Assembly: GCA_964640305.1 (NCBI GenBank)
Contig: CAZXFF010000003.1
Location: 5,572-69,571, forward strand
DNA: 64,000 bases
Origin: an uncultured Muribaculaceae bacterium
GTDB lineage: Bacteria > Bacteroidota > Bacteroidia > Bacteroidales > UBA932
Direction: 5' to 3'
Under the pieces are notes generated by a model. That model did not search any database. It was given only the letters and a program-made list of their open reading frames with translations, and was not told the origin of the DNA. This document shows, piece after piece, positions 25,368 through 36,007 of the stretch. Positions within the stretch are counted from its first letter, which is position 1. Each line of letters opens with the position of its first letter. A program made the translations under genes and the position numbers.

Positions 25368-28300
25368 ATGGATAAAAGAAGATTTACATTTGTCAACCGC
25401 ATCGCTGCATCTGTGGTTCTGGCAGTAGCGTCAATCACTTACCTGCTCACTATTGAGCCAACAGTAAGTTTCTGGGATTGCGGCGAGTTCATTGCATCAT
25501 CATATAAACTGGAAGTCGGTCATGCACCTGGCAATCCGGTCTTCCAGATGGTCGCCCGCTTTTTTACAATGTTCACAGGCCCGGAGCATGCTGCCGTCGC
25601 AGTGAATGTGATGAGTGCCTTATGCTCCGCCTTCACTGTGTTTTTCCTGTACCTGACTATAGTACATCTGGCCCGCAGAATCGTGGAAAAGAACGGAGGG
25701 GCAGCACTTGGAACCGGAAGCGCAATCGCAATCATCGGATCCGGCATTGTGGGGTCACTTGCATACTGCTGGTCCGATACATTCTGGTTCTCGGCTGTCG
25801 AGGGCGAGGTCTATGCCATGTCCTCCCTGCTTACCGCAGCTGTTTTCTGGATGATCCTCAAATGGGAAGAAGAAGCTGAGAACCCCTATGCAAACAGATG
25901 GATTGTCCTGATTGCTTTCATCATGGGACTTTCAATCGGGGTTCACCTGCTGAACCTACTTGCAATACCGGGAATAGCCTTTGTCTATTATTTCAAGAAA
26001 TCACCCAAAGTCACGACATGGGGCGGTATCGGTGTATTGTGTATCTCCGCAGTGATACTCGGATTCATACTCTGGGGCATTATCCCCTATCTGCCAAAGA
26101 TAGCTTCTGTATTCGACCTGCTGTTTGTCAACGTCTTCGGGATGCCTTTCAACTCCGGAGCAATCTTTTTTGTCCTTATGCTCTTTGCAGTATGCCTTTG
26201 GGCAATATTCTTTACATGGAAAAGGAAAAAAGTCTTGTGGAACACGATAATCCTGTGCTTTACCATGATAATCATAGGATATTCGTCTTTTGCGATGGTT
26301 GTAATCAGATCCGTGAACAATACTCCTACCAATGAGGGGCAGCCCAACAATCCGTTCGCTCTCGTCAAATACCTCGGCAGGGAGCAGTATGGAAGTGTCC
26401 CTCTCGTTTACGGCCCTACATATGCCAATATGCCTGTTGACTATAAAGAAACCACTTACCATACGGCTTTGGGCGACAGGTACCACAAGGCTCCAGGTCC
26501 TATCGACTATGTATTCCCTCAAGGTAGCAAAATGCTGTTTCCCAGAATGCACAGCCGTGTTCCCCAACATATCAGATTCTACCAGAGCTATGCCGAAAAC
26601 AGAGGAAAAACAGTCCCCGGATCAGAATACAGGATGCCTACATTCAAAGATAACCTGAGGTTCTTCTTCGACTACCAGTTCAACTACATGTACATAAGGT
26701 ATTTCATGTGGAACTTCGCGGGCAGGCAGAATGACCTTCACGGACAGATACCTGGCGACCCTGTAAGCGGGAACTGGGAGTGCGGAATCGGATTCATCGA
26801 CAGGATGCGTCTCGGAGACCAGAGCGAAGGGCCCGACTACATCATAAACAACAAAGGGAAAAACCATTATTACATGCTCCCGCTCATCCTTGGCCTGATA
26901 GGGTTTTTCTTCCAGCTCACCAAGGACAAACGGAACTGGTGGGTAGTAATGCTCCTGTTCTTCCTGACAGGTATCGCAATCATCCTTTACCTCAACCAAC
27001 CGCCGTATCAGGTAAGGGAAAGGGATTATGCCTACGCAGGATCATTCTACATGTTCTCCATATGGATTGGGCTGGCCGTGCTTGCTGCATTCCAATGGCT
27101 GAAGAAACTTTCATCCAGAGGTGTCCCTGAAGCAGCAACAGCCACAACGTGCACGGTCATACTCCTTGCAGTGCCGATCCTGATGGCTTGCGAAAACTGG
27201 GATGACCATGACAGAAGCAACAGATATACCACCCGGGACATGGCTTACAACTATTTCATGTCCATGGATGAGCAGGCAATTATCGTTACACACGGTGACA
27301 ATGATACTTTTCCCCTATGGTATATCCAGGAAGTGGAAAACGTAAGGACTGATGCAAGGGTAATGAACACATCACTTCTGGGCATAGACTGGTATATTGA
27401 CCAGATGCAGTGGAAACAATATGAAGCTGCTCCTATAAGATTTACCACACCAAGGATAAATTACCTGTACGGCACTAACGACTATGTGTCCATAGTGGAT
27501 CTCATCGACCGCCCTATTACCGTAAAGGAAGCAATACGCCTTTTCAACGATGAGAGAATCAAGCAGATATATCAGCAGAACATTATTGTATCACATAAAC
27601 TGAGACTTCCTGTAAACAAGGAAAACGTTATCAAATACGGAATCGTATCTGAGAAGGATTACGGAAAGATAGCCGACACTCTGGAGCTGGATATTCCTAT
27701 ATCCAAGAAAAGCCTCGATAAGTCCGAACTGATGATCCTGGATATGCTCTCAAATTATGACTGGGACCGCCCTATATATTTCAATACCCAGGGCGGTGAA
27801 CTCGAAATCGGAATCCGCGATTACCTGCAGTTCGAAGGTTACACATATAAACTTGTACCGATAAAGAGCAGGACCACCATTACCGAAATAAACCAGATAG
27901 ATGAAGACAAGATGTATGAGAAGATCATGAATGTCTACAGATGGGACAGTTTCGGCAAGGATTTCTTCGTGGATTACCAGAATCTGAGTACATTTAATGG
28001 AGTACAGTCCCAAAGATCTGTTTTCGTACGTACTGCAGAAGGACTGTATAGAGCCGGGAAGAAAGAGAAAGCCGTCGAGATTCTGGATAAAATGCAGGAA
28101 GCATTTCCCGAAAGGAATTTCCCCCTCAACACAAGTCTCATGGCCAGCATAAACGAACTTATGGTAATCAATGCCATCGAACTGTATATCCTTTGCGGGG
28201 AAAACGGAAAGGCACTTGCAATGGCTGAAAGATTCATGGAAGAGACATATGATGCCATAAGGCTGTTCTCGACTCCTTACCACGGATCTGCACTGTCTGT

Positions 28301-28418
28301 CAGAGATCTGGAACAGAACATCCATCACTACCAGTATGGAATGGAACTGATAAACAGGATTGACCCTGAAAAGGCACAGAGTTATCTGGATAAGATAAAC
28401 TCACTTACTGGAGCTTAA
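25368..28418 (+). CDS. DUF2723-like polytopic membrane protein (putative glycosyltransferase, PMT/TMEM260-like) with a helical-repeat C-terminal domain
   Basis: About 1016 aa. The N-terminal half has more than 10 TM helices and TVSFWDCGEFIAS / GHAPGNP. The C-terminal half is a soluble helical region. Confidence 0.6.
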   Translation: MDKRRFTFVNRIAASVVLAVASITYLLTIEPTVSFWDCGEFIASSYKLEVGHAPGNPVFQMVARFFTMFTGPEHAAVAVNVMSALCSAFTVFFLYLTIVHLARRIVEKNGGAALGTGSAIAIIGSGIVGSLAYCWSDTFWFSAVEGEVYAMSSLLTAAVFWMILKWEEEAENPYANRWIVLIAFIMGLSIGVHLLNLLAIPGIAFVYYFKKSPKVTTWGGIGVLCISAVILGFILWGIIPYLPKIASVFDLLFVNVFGMPFNSGAIFFVLMLFAVCLWAIFFTWKRKKVLWNTIILCFTMIIIGYSSFAMVVIRSVNNTPTNEGQPNNPFALVKYLGREQYGSVPLVYGPTYANMPVDYKETTYHTALGDRYHKAPGPIDYVFPQGSKMLFPRMHSRVPQHIRFYQSYAENRGKTVPGSEYRMPTFKDNLRFFFDYQFNYMYIRYFMWNFAGRQNDLHGQIPGDPVSGNWECGIGFIDRMRLGDQSEGPDYIINNKGKNHYYMLPLILGLIGFFFQLTKDKRNWWVVMLLFFLTGIAIILYLNQPPYQVRERDYAYAGSFYMFSIWIGLAVLAAFQWLKKLSSRGVPEAATATTCTVILLAVPILMACENWDDHDRSNRYTTRDMAYNYFMSMDEQAIIVTHGDNDTFPLWYIQEVENVRTDARVMNTSLLGIDWYIDQMQWKQYEAAPIRFTTPRINYLYGTNDYVSIVDLIDRPITVKEAIRLFNDERIKQIYQQNIIVSHKLRLPVNKENVIKYGIVSEKDYGKIADTLELDIPISKKSLDKSELMILDMLSNYDWDRPIYFNTQGGELEIGIRDYLQFEGYTYKLVPIKSRTTITEINQIDEDKMYEKIMNVYRWDSFGKDFFVDYQNLSTFNGVQSQRSVFVRTAEGLYRAGKKEKAVEILDKMQEAFPERNFPLNTSLMASINELMVINAIELYILCGENGKALAMAERFMEETYDAIRLFSTPYHGSALSVRDLEQNIHHYQYGMELINRIDPEKAQSYLDKINSLTGA

Positions 28419-28424
28419 CAGGAT

Positions 28425-29426
28425 TCAATCCTCAATAAGCATATTGCAACCCCGGCGTTCTGCCTTTGGAAGCCTGCCTTCTATCGTAAAGGAACCGTCG
28501 GGGTAACTTATACCCATATCTTCAGTTTCGATAAAAGAGCATGAGTTGATATTGGCCAGATCTATTATATTGAGTACCCCCTTTGTCCCGATTGGTGCAT
28601 TTCTGAAAGGATCATACATATCTTTGACGATGATACGCATCCAGGCAGGTGTCCTGAAAATTCCATCTCCGTCGGAATAAGCCTGTGAAAGCAATTCACA
28701 CATACCGTATTCGGAATGGATCTTCCTTAAGCCGAATGCTGCAGAAAGAGTATCATGAAGACTTGTCCGGGATATTTCTTCCTTTCTGCCTTTCATTCCC
28801 CCGGTTTCCATTACAGTAAGCCAGGAATCGTTATTTTCCCCAATAGAGTATGCGGCTGCAAAGTCAAGGAGGGCAAAAGATACACCGAGAAGGATGACTT
28901 TGCGCCCTTGTGACTTCATCGCAGAAAGGACAGAATGCAGACGGTCATGATCATAAAGGAAAAAGCCGCTTTCAGGACTCCCGCTATCCCGGATAAGCCT
29001 ATCCGCCATATAAACAAGCGATGATCCCTTACGTTCCAGATATGCCGGAAGAAGAGCCAGGATTACATAGTCTTTTGCATCACCGTAAAAATGCCTGAAA
29101 GCATTTGTAAATGCAGCCTCATAGAGAGAAATGTCCAGAACAACATGTTTCGATGGAACCATTCCCGTAGTCGAGCTGCTTGAAAAAACAACAGGGTCAC
29201 CGGATATTTTCCGGTAACCCTTTGAAATTATTTCGTATTGCTTGAAGAAGCGTATCGGCAGGAAAGGAATCAGGTCAAATGTGACATTTTCCGGAGATAT
29301 TCCCAGAACTTCAGAATAAGCCCGATATTGAGGACAATACTCATACTGGTAATAGAACGTTTCAAGACAGCGGATTTCAAATTCTGCCTTACTGCTTATC
29401 CCGAAGATTTCCGATTCCTCTGCCAT
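28425..29426 (-). CDS. LuxE/PaaK-like acyl-protein synthetase (adenylate-forming) family protein
   Basis: The ATG at 29426 (MAEESEIF) lies 1 nt after the stop of the upstream lyase gene. Carries FYYQYEYCPQYRAY, IPFLPIRFFK and SSSTTG, typical of LuxE-like proteins of Bacteroidota. Confidence 0.55.
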   Translation of the reverse strand: MAEESEIFGISSKAEFEIRCLETFYYQYEYCPQYRAYSEVLGISPENVTFDLIPFLPIRFFKQYEIISKGYRKISGDPVVFSSSSTTGMVPSKHVVLDISLYEAAFTNAFRHFYGDAKDYVILALLPAYLERKGSSLVYMADRLIRDSGSPESGFFLYDHDRLHSVLSAMKSQGRKVILLGVSFALLDFAAAYSIGENNDSWLTVMETGGMKGRKEEISRTSLHDTLSAAFGLRKIHSEYGMCELLSQAYSDGDGIFRTPAWMRIIVKDMYDPFRNAPIGTKGVLNIIDLANINSCSFIETEDMGISYPDGSFTIEGRLPKAERRGCNMLIED

Positions 29427-29427
29427 A

Positions 29428-30810
29428 CTACCTGTCTGCTTTCTCAAGTTCAATGGTGAAGTGCCGCATGATAGGCAGCTCTTTCACTATCTTGTAACCG
29501 CGTGTAATCGACTCGCGACGGTCATACACATTTTTAGCTGCAGCTGCAATATAATCCATATGATTGTTTGTATAGACCCTACGTGGAATGGCAAGCCTGA
29601 GGAGCTCGAGCGCAGGATATCTGTTTTCACGGGTTACAGGATCACGGTCCGCCAGAAGTGAACCGATTTCAACACCGCGGATACCGGCTTCCAGATAAAG
29701 CTCTATACCTAATGTCTGGGCTATGAATTCTTCCTTGGGAAGCGATGTGAGTATCTTCTTGGCATCAAGGAAAATGGCATGTCCGCCGGCAGGTCTCTGA
29801 TAAGGCACTCCATACTCATCCAGTTTCTTGCCAAGATATGCTACCTGATTGATACGAGTCTCGAGATACTCGAACTCAGTCCCTTCACGAAGACCCTGTG
29901 CCAAAGCATTCATATCACGTCCGGCCATTCCTCCGTATGTCAGGAAACCCTCATTCATGATAGTGTACATCTGTGCTTTCTGCATATCCTGCTCGCTTCT
30001 GAAAGCCACGAAACCACCTATATTCACGATAGCATCCTTCTTTGCAGACATTGTCATATAATCTGCACCTTCATACATTTCACGGACAATCTCGCGGATA
30101 CTCTTGTTTTCATAACCTTTTTCGCGGGTCTTGATGAAATATGCATTTTCTGCAAAGCGGGCAGAGTCCATAAGGAGCTTTACTCCATATTTCCTGGCAA
30201 GCGCAGTAACGCCTTTAATGTTTTCCATTGAAACAGGCTGTCCTCCGGCTGTATTGTTTGTAACAGTCAGTACAATGCAGGGAATCTTTTCCTTAGGGTA
30301 TTTCTTCAGTACATCCTCGAGTTTCTGCAGGTCCATATTGCCTTTGAACGGCAATTCAAGTTCTGTATTGGCCGCCTCGGAGATTGTACAGTCCAGCGCT
30401 ACTGCTTTTCTGAATTCAATATGACCCTTAGTCGTATCGAAATGGGAGTTGCCTGGCAAGATATCGCCTTCCTTGACAATGGAAGAAAACAGCACATTTT
30501 CTGCTGCACGTCCCTGGTGGGAAGGCAGAATATAAGGGAGCCCTGTCAATTCACAAATGGTGTCCTTAAGATTATAGAACGAACGGGCCCCTGCATAGCT
30601 TTCATCCCCCTCCATGATAGCTGCCCACTGTTTGTCGCTCATTGCTCCTGTCCCCGAGTCAGTCAGGAGATCAATGAATACATAATCGCTTTTCAAGAGA
30701 AAAAGATTGTATTTTGCCTCTTTTATCCACTTCTCACGCTGTTCACGTGTGCTCTTTTTAATGGTTTCTACCATTTTGATTCTGTACGATTCTGCAAAAG
30801 GAAGTTCCAT
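29428..30810 (-). CDS. tnaA: Beta-eliminating lyase, tryptophanase/tyrosine phenol-lyase family (probably tryptophanase)
   Basis: 460 aa, starts MELPFAESYRIKMVE, with DLLTDSGTGAMS and the PLP-lysine region (MSAKKDAIVNIGG). Confidence 0.8.
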   Translation of the reverse strand: MELPFAESYRIKMVETIKKSTREQREKWIKEAKYNLFLLKSDYVFIDLLTDSGTGAMSDKQWAAIMEGDESYAGARSFYNLKDTICELTGLPYILPSHQGRAAENVLFSSIVKEGDILPGNSHFDTTKGHIEFRKAVALDCTISEAANTELELPFKGNMDLQKLEDVLKKYPKEKIPCIVLTVTNNTAGGQPVSMENIKGVTALARKYGVKLLMDSARFAENAYFIKTREKGYENKSIREIVREMYEGADYMTMSAKKDAIVNIGGFVAFRSEQDMQKAQMYTIMNEGFLTYGGMAGRDMNALAQGLREGTEFEYLETRINQVAYLGKKLDEYGVPYQRPAGGHAIFLDAKKILTSLPKEEFIAQTLGIELYLEAGIRGVEIGSLLADRDPVTRENRYPALELLRLAIPRRVYTNNHMDYIAAAAKNVYDRRESITRGYKIVKELPIMRHFTIELEKADR

Positions 30811-30851
30811 ATTGTTATAATTTACTGTTGTTTTATTATAATTTATCCTTG

Positions 30852-30859
30852 CAAAGATA
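30852..30859 (-). promoter_or_regulatory. -7 box TATCTTTG for the tnaA-like gene
   Basis: Perfect TAnnTTTG on the minus strand, 41 nt upstream of the ATG at 30810. Confidence 0.5.
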
Positions 30860-30896
30860 AATAAAAAAACAATAATTACATTCCTGCAGGCAAGAC

Positions 30897-30927
30897 AAAA
30901 AAAAGTCCGGCAATTCCTTGCCGGACT
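30897..30927 (-). terminator. Rho-independent terminator of secDF
   Basis: 10-bp stem AGTCCGGCAA (30904-30913) / TTGCCGGACT (30918-30927) with a 4-nt loop. On the minus strand it is followed by a T8 run (plus-strand A-run 30897-30904). Confidence 0.8.
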
Positions 30928-30950
30928 TTCTTAAGTATATTGTCGCCTTA

Positions 30951-33900
30951 TCAGGCTTTCAATGCACGTTTCTTTTCCCTCTTCTGGTTCATGTCGTACA
31001 TCAGAGGGGTTGCAATGAATATTGAAGAATAGGTACCGATCAGGATACCAAGAATCAGTGCTACTGCAAATCCTCTGATCACATCACCGCCGAACAGAGC
31101 GATCGCCAGCATAACCACAAGGGTCGTTCCTGAAGTATTGATTGTACGTGAGAGTGTACTGTTCAAAGCTTCGTTCACATTCTGACGGAACTCGCGTTTG
31201 GGATACAGGGTCTTGTATTCGCGGATTCGGTCGAATATGATCACACTGTCGTTGATAGCATAACCGATGATGGTAAGCACTGCAGCAATGAAGTTCTGGT
31301 CAACATCGAGGTTGAAAGGAAGGATACCGGTAAATATCGAGAAGAAACCGATAACGATAATTGCAACCTGTGCCAGTGACACGACACCGCCAAGTCCCCA
31401 TGTCCATCCTTTGAATCGCGCTGCTATATATGCGAAAATCGCAAAGAGGGCGATCACTACCGCAATCATCGCATCGCGCTTGATATCATTTGCAATGGTA
31501 GGACCTACCTTATCGGAAGATATGATTCCGTTCGGGTTTTCAAGGGTTGATGTGAACTGGTCGTATGATATCTCATTCTTGAAGAAACCTTTCAATGCAT
31601 TGTATAGTTTTTCGTCCACTATCTTGTCTGTCTCGGTAGAGTTGTCTTCAATCATATACTTGGTCGTAATCTTCATCTGGCTGGGACCACCGAACTGTTT
31701 TACTTCGACACCCTCACCGAACTCTGCTACAGTCGCCTCACGTACGGACTCTGCAGTAACTTCAGAATCGAACCTTACCACATAGGTCCTACCTCCCGTG
31801 AAGTCCACACCATAAGAGAAGCCTTTTATGAATATTGACAGCAAAGAGCAAATCACCAATACACCCGAAATGATATAGGTAATCTTACGTTTGCTCAGGA
31901 AATCCACCTTGGTATCTGCAAGGAAATTCTTTGTGATACCGTTATAGAATGAAATGTTCCTGTTTCTGGAAAGCTTTGCTTCAAATATCAGCCTTGTGAT
32001 GAATATCGATGTCAGCATTGAAGTAATGATACCTACTACAAGAGTGGTTGCAAAACCCTGTACAGGACCGGAACCGAAGAAGAAGAGAACCAGACCTGTG
32101 ATGATGGTAGTGAGGTTACCGTCAATGATAGCGGAATATGCATTCTTATAACCGTCCGCGATTGCAAGACGCAATGCCTTTCCAGCTCTAAGTTCTTCTT
32201 TCACACGCTCATATATGATAACGTTGGCATCCACTGCCATACCGAGGGTCAACACCAGACCGGCAATACCGGGAAGTGTAAGTACGGCACCGAAAGATGT
32301 CAGGGCACCGAACAGGAAGAGTACGTTGCAAAGGAGAGCAATGTCGGCAACAACACCGGCTCCTTTGTAGAAGAATATCATATAAAGAAGAACAAGGCAG
32401 AATGCTATCACGAATGAAATCATTCCTGCATTGATGGATTCACTACCCAATGAAGGGCCGACCACCTGTTCCTGAACGATAGTTGCAGGTGCTGGCAGTT
32501 TACCTGACTTGAGTACGTTTGCAAGGTCTTCAGCCTCCTCAATCGTAAAGTGGCCTGAAATGGCAGAACGTCCTCCTGTGATTTCCGTGTTTACAGTAGG
32601 GAATGAATAGACCATACCGTCCAGAACGATTGCAATGCTCCTGCCGATATTGTCAGCAGTAAGGCGTGCCCAAATCTGCGCACCCTCGGCATTCATGGCC
32701 ATATCCACTTCAGGCTGACCGCCCATGTTGCCATAAGAAAGTCTTGCATCGGTTACGACACCTCCGTCAAGAGGAGCCTTGCCGTCCCTGGTATTGACCT
32801 TGATGGCAACCAGTTCATAGTATGAATCTCCGGCAAAGCGGGAAGAAGGCTTGACTGTCCACATTGGCACCAGATCGGCAGGAAGAGCTGCCTTCACCTG
32901 AGGCAGATCAAGCCAGCGGTTAATCTGTGCTGTGTCCTTATAATGTGCAACGCCGATTACGGGACCGGGCATAAGCTGTCCGTTGTACATGGAAGGATTG
33001 AGGATATAGAACAGAGGATTGTTCTTGGCATAGTTTATCTGGTCTGCCGACAAAGAATCCTGCTGCTGCACGATTTCAGAAAGAAGGTCATCTGAAGCGG
33101 CTTCATTTGTCTGTTCCTTGTCCTGACTCTCAGTTGCCTGAACGGATTCTGCATTCTGTGCATCGTCAACAAGGTCCTTTATGATACCGTTTGCTTCCTG
33201 GAGATAGCGGAATATCTCTGAATTCTCGTAAGTTGTCCAGAATTCAAGGGATGCTGTTCCCTGAAGGAGCTTGCGGACACGTTCCGGTTCCTTTACACCT
33301 GGCAACTCCACCAGAATCCTTCCGGTATTGCCAATTCTCTGTATGTTGGGAGAGGTCACTCCAAAGCGGTCGATACGGTTACGGAGAACATTGAAAGAGT
33401 TGGATATCGCACTCTCTGCCTGCTCCCTGAGCACTGCAATCACTTCTTCATTTGTACTCTGCGCACTGATACGGTCCCTCAAATCGATAGTACCGAAAAT
33501 CTGTGAGAGTCTCTGGTTGGGAGCCACCTCATTCCAGGCTTCTGCGAAAAGCGTGATGAAGTCCGTACGTCCGTCCACTTCCCTTGAAGAAGCAAGCTCG
33601 ATTGCACGGTTGAATTCCGGAGAGGCATTATAATTGGACAAAGCCAGCACAAGGTCCTTCAACTGCACCTGCAACATCACGTTCATACCTCCCTTCAGGT
33701 CAAGACCGAGATTTATCTCCTTTTCTTTCACTTCTTTATATGTGAATCCCAAGTAGACTTTCTCAGCATTGATCGAATCAAGGTAATACCTGTTTTTGTC
33801 TTTTCTGATGGAATCAAGATAAAATGCTTTATCCAAATCCGAAATCATGGCGAAAGATGGTTTCTGCTGCTCAGCTGCCACCGCCGCTTCGGCATACTTT

Positions 33901-34007
33901 CCGGCTTTGTTTTCCTGAATGCTAGTCACTGCCGTGAAGGAAAGCTGGTAGACACATGCCAGGCCAATCAAAACCGCCAATAGAGTAATGAATCCTTTAC
34001 TTTGCAT
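30951..34007 (-). CDS. secDF: Fused protein translocase subunits SecD and SecF
   Basis: 1018 aa with two 6-TM RND-like modules and a large periplasmic domain. This is the typical Bacteroidota fusion. Confidence 0.93.
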   Translation of the reverse strand: MQSKGFITLLAVLIGLACVYQLSFTAVTSIQENKAGKYAEAAVAAEQQKPSFAMISDLDKAFYLDSIRKDKNRYYLDSINAEKVYLGFTYKEVKEKEINLGLDLKGGMNVMLQVQLKDLVLALSNYNASPEFNRAIELASSREVDGRTDFITLFAEAWNEVAPNQRLSQIFGTIDLRDRISAQSTNEEVIAVLREQAESAISNSFNVLRNRIDRFGVTSPNIQRIGNTGRILVELPGVKEPERVRKLLQGTASLEFWTTYENSEIFRYLQEANGIIKDLVDDAQNAESVQATESQDKEQTNEAASDDLLSEIVQQQDSLSADQINYAKNNPLFYILNPSMYNGQLMPGPVIGVAHYKDTAQINRWLDLPQVKAALPADLVPMWTVKPSSRFAGDSYYELVAIKVNTRDGKAPLDGGVVTDARLSYGNMGGQPEVDMAMNAEGAQIWARLTADNIGRSIAIVLDGMVYSFPTVNTEITGGRSAISGHFTIEEAEDLANVLKSGKLPAPATIVQEQVVGPSLGSESINAGMISFVIAFCLVLLYMIFFYKGAGVVADIALLCNVLFLFGALTSFGAVLTLPGIAGLVLTLGMAVDANVIIYERVKEELRAGKALRLAIADGYKNAYSAIIDGNLTTIITGLVLFFFGSGPVQGFATTLVVGIITSMLTSIFITRLIFEAKLSRNRNISFYNGITKNFLADTKVDFLSKRKITYIISGVLVICSLLSIFIKGFSYGVDFTGGRTYVVRFDSEVTAESVREATVAEFGEGVEVKQFGGPSQMKITTKYMIEDNSTETDKIVDEKLYNALKGFFKNEISYDQFTSTLENPNGIISSDKVGPTIANDIKRDAMIAVVIALFAIFAYIAARFKGWTWGLGGVVSLAQVAIIVIGFFSIFTGILPFNLDVDQNFIAAVLTIIGYAINDSVIIFDRIREYKTLYPKREFRQNVNEALNSTLSRTINTSGTTLVVMLAIALFGGDVIRGFAVALILGILIGTYSSIFIATPLMYDMNQKREKKRALKA

Positions 34008-34039
34008 AGTTTTCTAAATAAGTATAAAATTTGAGGGTA

Positions 34040-34047
34040 CAAAAGTA
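34040..34047 (-). promoter_or_regulatory. -7 box TACTTTTG for secDF
   Basis: Perfect TAnnTTTG on the minus strand, 32 nt upstream of the ATG at 34007. Confidence 0.5.
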
Positions 34048-34077
34048 CTATTTTTTTCTTATTTATAAAGTATTTAG

Positions 34078-34085
34078 TAATTTTG
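34078..34085 (+). promoter_or_regulatory. -7 box TAATTTTG for the 632-aa gene
   Basis: Perfect TAnnTTTG 17 nt upstream of the ATG at 34103. Confidence 0.5.
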
Positions 34086-34102
34086 TTGAATAATATTGGA
34101 TT

Positions 34103-36001
34103 ATGCAGGCATACATAAGACTGTTTTCAATCATTGCAGCTGCACTTGCCGCTTCTTTCGGACTGTCGGCCCAGACGTATGATGCCAATACATCCGGCAT
34201 TATGCGCGAAGCATCACGCTTGCATGCCGACTACAGATTCGATAAGGCCGAATCACTATACAGGAAAGCGCTAGAGAATATCACCGATTCCGTTTCCAGA
34301 CAGTACGTAATGGACAGGATACTGGAGTGCCAGAACGGGAAAAACCTCCTGCAGATAATCGTAAGGCCGGTTTCTGTTGCTGAAAAGGACTCACCGGTGG
34401 AAGACTTTTTCCTTAATATCCCGGAATTCCAGGACGGCAGCTGGAAACCTGTTCCCAATCCTTTTGTAAAACCTGCAGAAAAGCACAGGAACCCCTATTA
34501 CCATGGCGTTTATTTCCCGGACGGAAGCGACAGGATAATTTTCTCGGCCCCTGACGAAAACGGAATATGGAACATATATACCTCCTATAAAAAGGACAGT
34601 ACATGGTCTGTACCTGAATTTCTCAGTGAGAATATCCTTTCCGGCAAGAACGATATTTTTCCTATTCTCAGTGCTGACGGCAAAAGACTGTACTTCGCAT
34701 CGGACGGAATGGCCGGTATGGGAGGATACGACCTGTTCTGCAGCAGATGGGATGAAAGCATTAACGACTGGGGACTGCCTGAAAATATGGGATTTCCGTA
34801 CTCATCCACTGCCGATGACATATTCTACTACGATACACCTGACGGAAGATTCTCCATATTCGCATCCAACCGGTCGACCTCTGCAGATTCAGTGAGAATC
34901 TATGTAACAGAAGCCATCACTACCCCTATAAGGACTCCTATAAAAGACAATGAATCAGCCAAGGACCTTGCAGAACTTGGAATATCAGTCCAGAAAGAAG
35001 CTACGATGCCTGAATCCGGTCAGGAAAAGAAGGGAAACGGGACTGTAACCGGAACAGAAATCAGTGAATATTCCTCACTGGTAAAGAATCTGCGAAATCT
35101 TCAGGTACAGCACAGTGACAAGGTCAGAAAAATTGAAGAAAGCAGACATATCTACGAGAGATCTTCCGGGGAAGACAAAGAATTCATGGCCGGCATAATC
35201 AGGGATCTCGAGACGGAACTCCTTAAAATACAACAGGACATTGACAATCTGTCTGTACAGATCCGCAAGACCGAAACCGAATTCCTGGCAAAAGGCATCA
35301 TTCCTGCATTCGAAGACACAGCAGAGGAACAGGTTATCCCTGACAATGCTCAGGAGAAGCATGCCGAATACAAATTCGCAAAGATGGAAATGGGAGCAAT
35401 GCCTTTCACAATCATCGAAACTCCGAAGCCAAAATTCGACTATTCCTTCAGCATAGACAGAAACAAACCAGGGAAATTTGCAGAGGACAACACCCTTCCT
35501 GACCGTCTGGTCTATCAGATTCAGTTCATGGTTCTGACCACCCATGCAAAGATAAAGGACATAAAAGGGATGAGCCCTGTTTTCGTTACCAGACTCAAAT
35601 CAGGGAAATACCTGCACACCGTGGGCTTGTTCTACACATACTCGGAGGCATTGTCGCATCTGGGACAGGTAAAGAAGAACGGTTTCCCCCAGGCATTCAT
35701 TGTTGCATACGACAGCGGCAAAAGCCTGTCTGTAAAACAAGCCAGGACATTGGAGAACACAAGGGCAAAGGCGACGCCTGGAAATTCGTACAGGGTTATC
35801 GTGAGAGGCTACGATACTCTCCCCGAAGAATTTATCACCGGGATAAGGGGTGCCTGTGACAAAGATATCTCCAAAGCATCTGATGAACAGGGGATTTACT
35901 ATATAGTAGGCCCATTCTCTGACAAATCGGATGCCCAACTTGTAATCAGTGTCCTGAAAAATTCCGGGGCCAAGGATGTATCACTTGAAAATTTTAAATA
36001 A
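34103..36001 (+). CDS. Secreted protein with N-terminal TPR-like helices, PD40/TolB-like repeats, a coiled-coil and two C-terminal SPOR-like domains
   Basis: 632 aa with a signal peptide. Carries GKRLYFASDGMAGMGGYDLF (PD40-like). The two C-terminal repeats have a SPOR-like pattern (YQIQFMVL...GLFYTYSEA and YRVIVRGY...IVGPFSDKSDA). Confidence 0.5.
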   Translation: MQAYIRLFSIIAAALAASFGLSAQTYDANTSGIMREASRLHADYRFDKAESLYRKALENITDSVSRQYVMDRILECQNGKNLLQIIVRPVSVAEKDSPVEDFFLNIPEFQDGSWKPVPNPFVKPAEKHRNPYYHGVYFPDGSDRIIFSAPDENGIWNIYTSYKKDSTWSVPEFLSENILSGKNDIFPILSADGKRLYFASDGMAGMGGYDLFCSRWDESINDWGLPENMGFPYSSTADDIFYYDTPDGRFSIFASNRSTSADSVRIYVTEAITTPIRTPIKDNESAKDLAELGISVQKEATMPESGQEKKGNGTVTGTEISEYSSLVKNLRNLQVQHSDKVRKIEESRHIYERSSGEDKEFMAGIIRDLETELLKIQQDIDNLSVQIRKTETEFLAKGIIPAFEDTAEEQVIPDNAQEKHAEYKFAKMEMGAMPFTIIETPKPKFDYSFSIDRNKPGKFAEDNTLPDRLVYQIQFMVLTTHAKIKDIKGMSPVFVTRLKSGKYLHTVGLFYTYSEALSHLGQVKKNGFPQAFIVAYDSGKSLSVKQARTLENTRAKATPGNSYRVIVRGYDTLPEEFITGIRGACDKDISKASDEQGIYYIVGPFSDKSDAQLVISVLKNSGAKDVSLENFK

Positions 36002-36007
36002 AGACAA

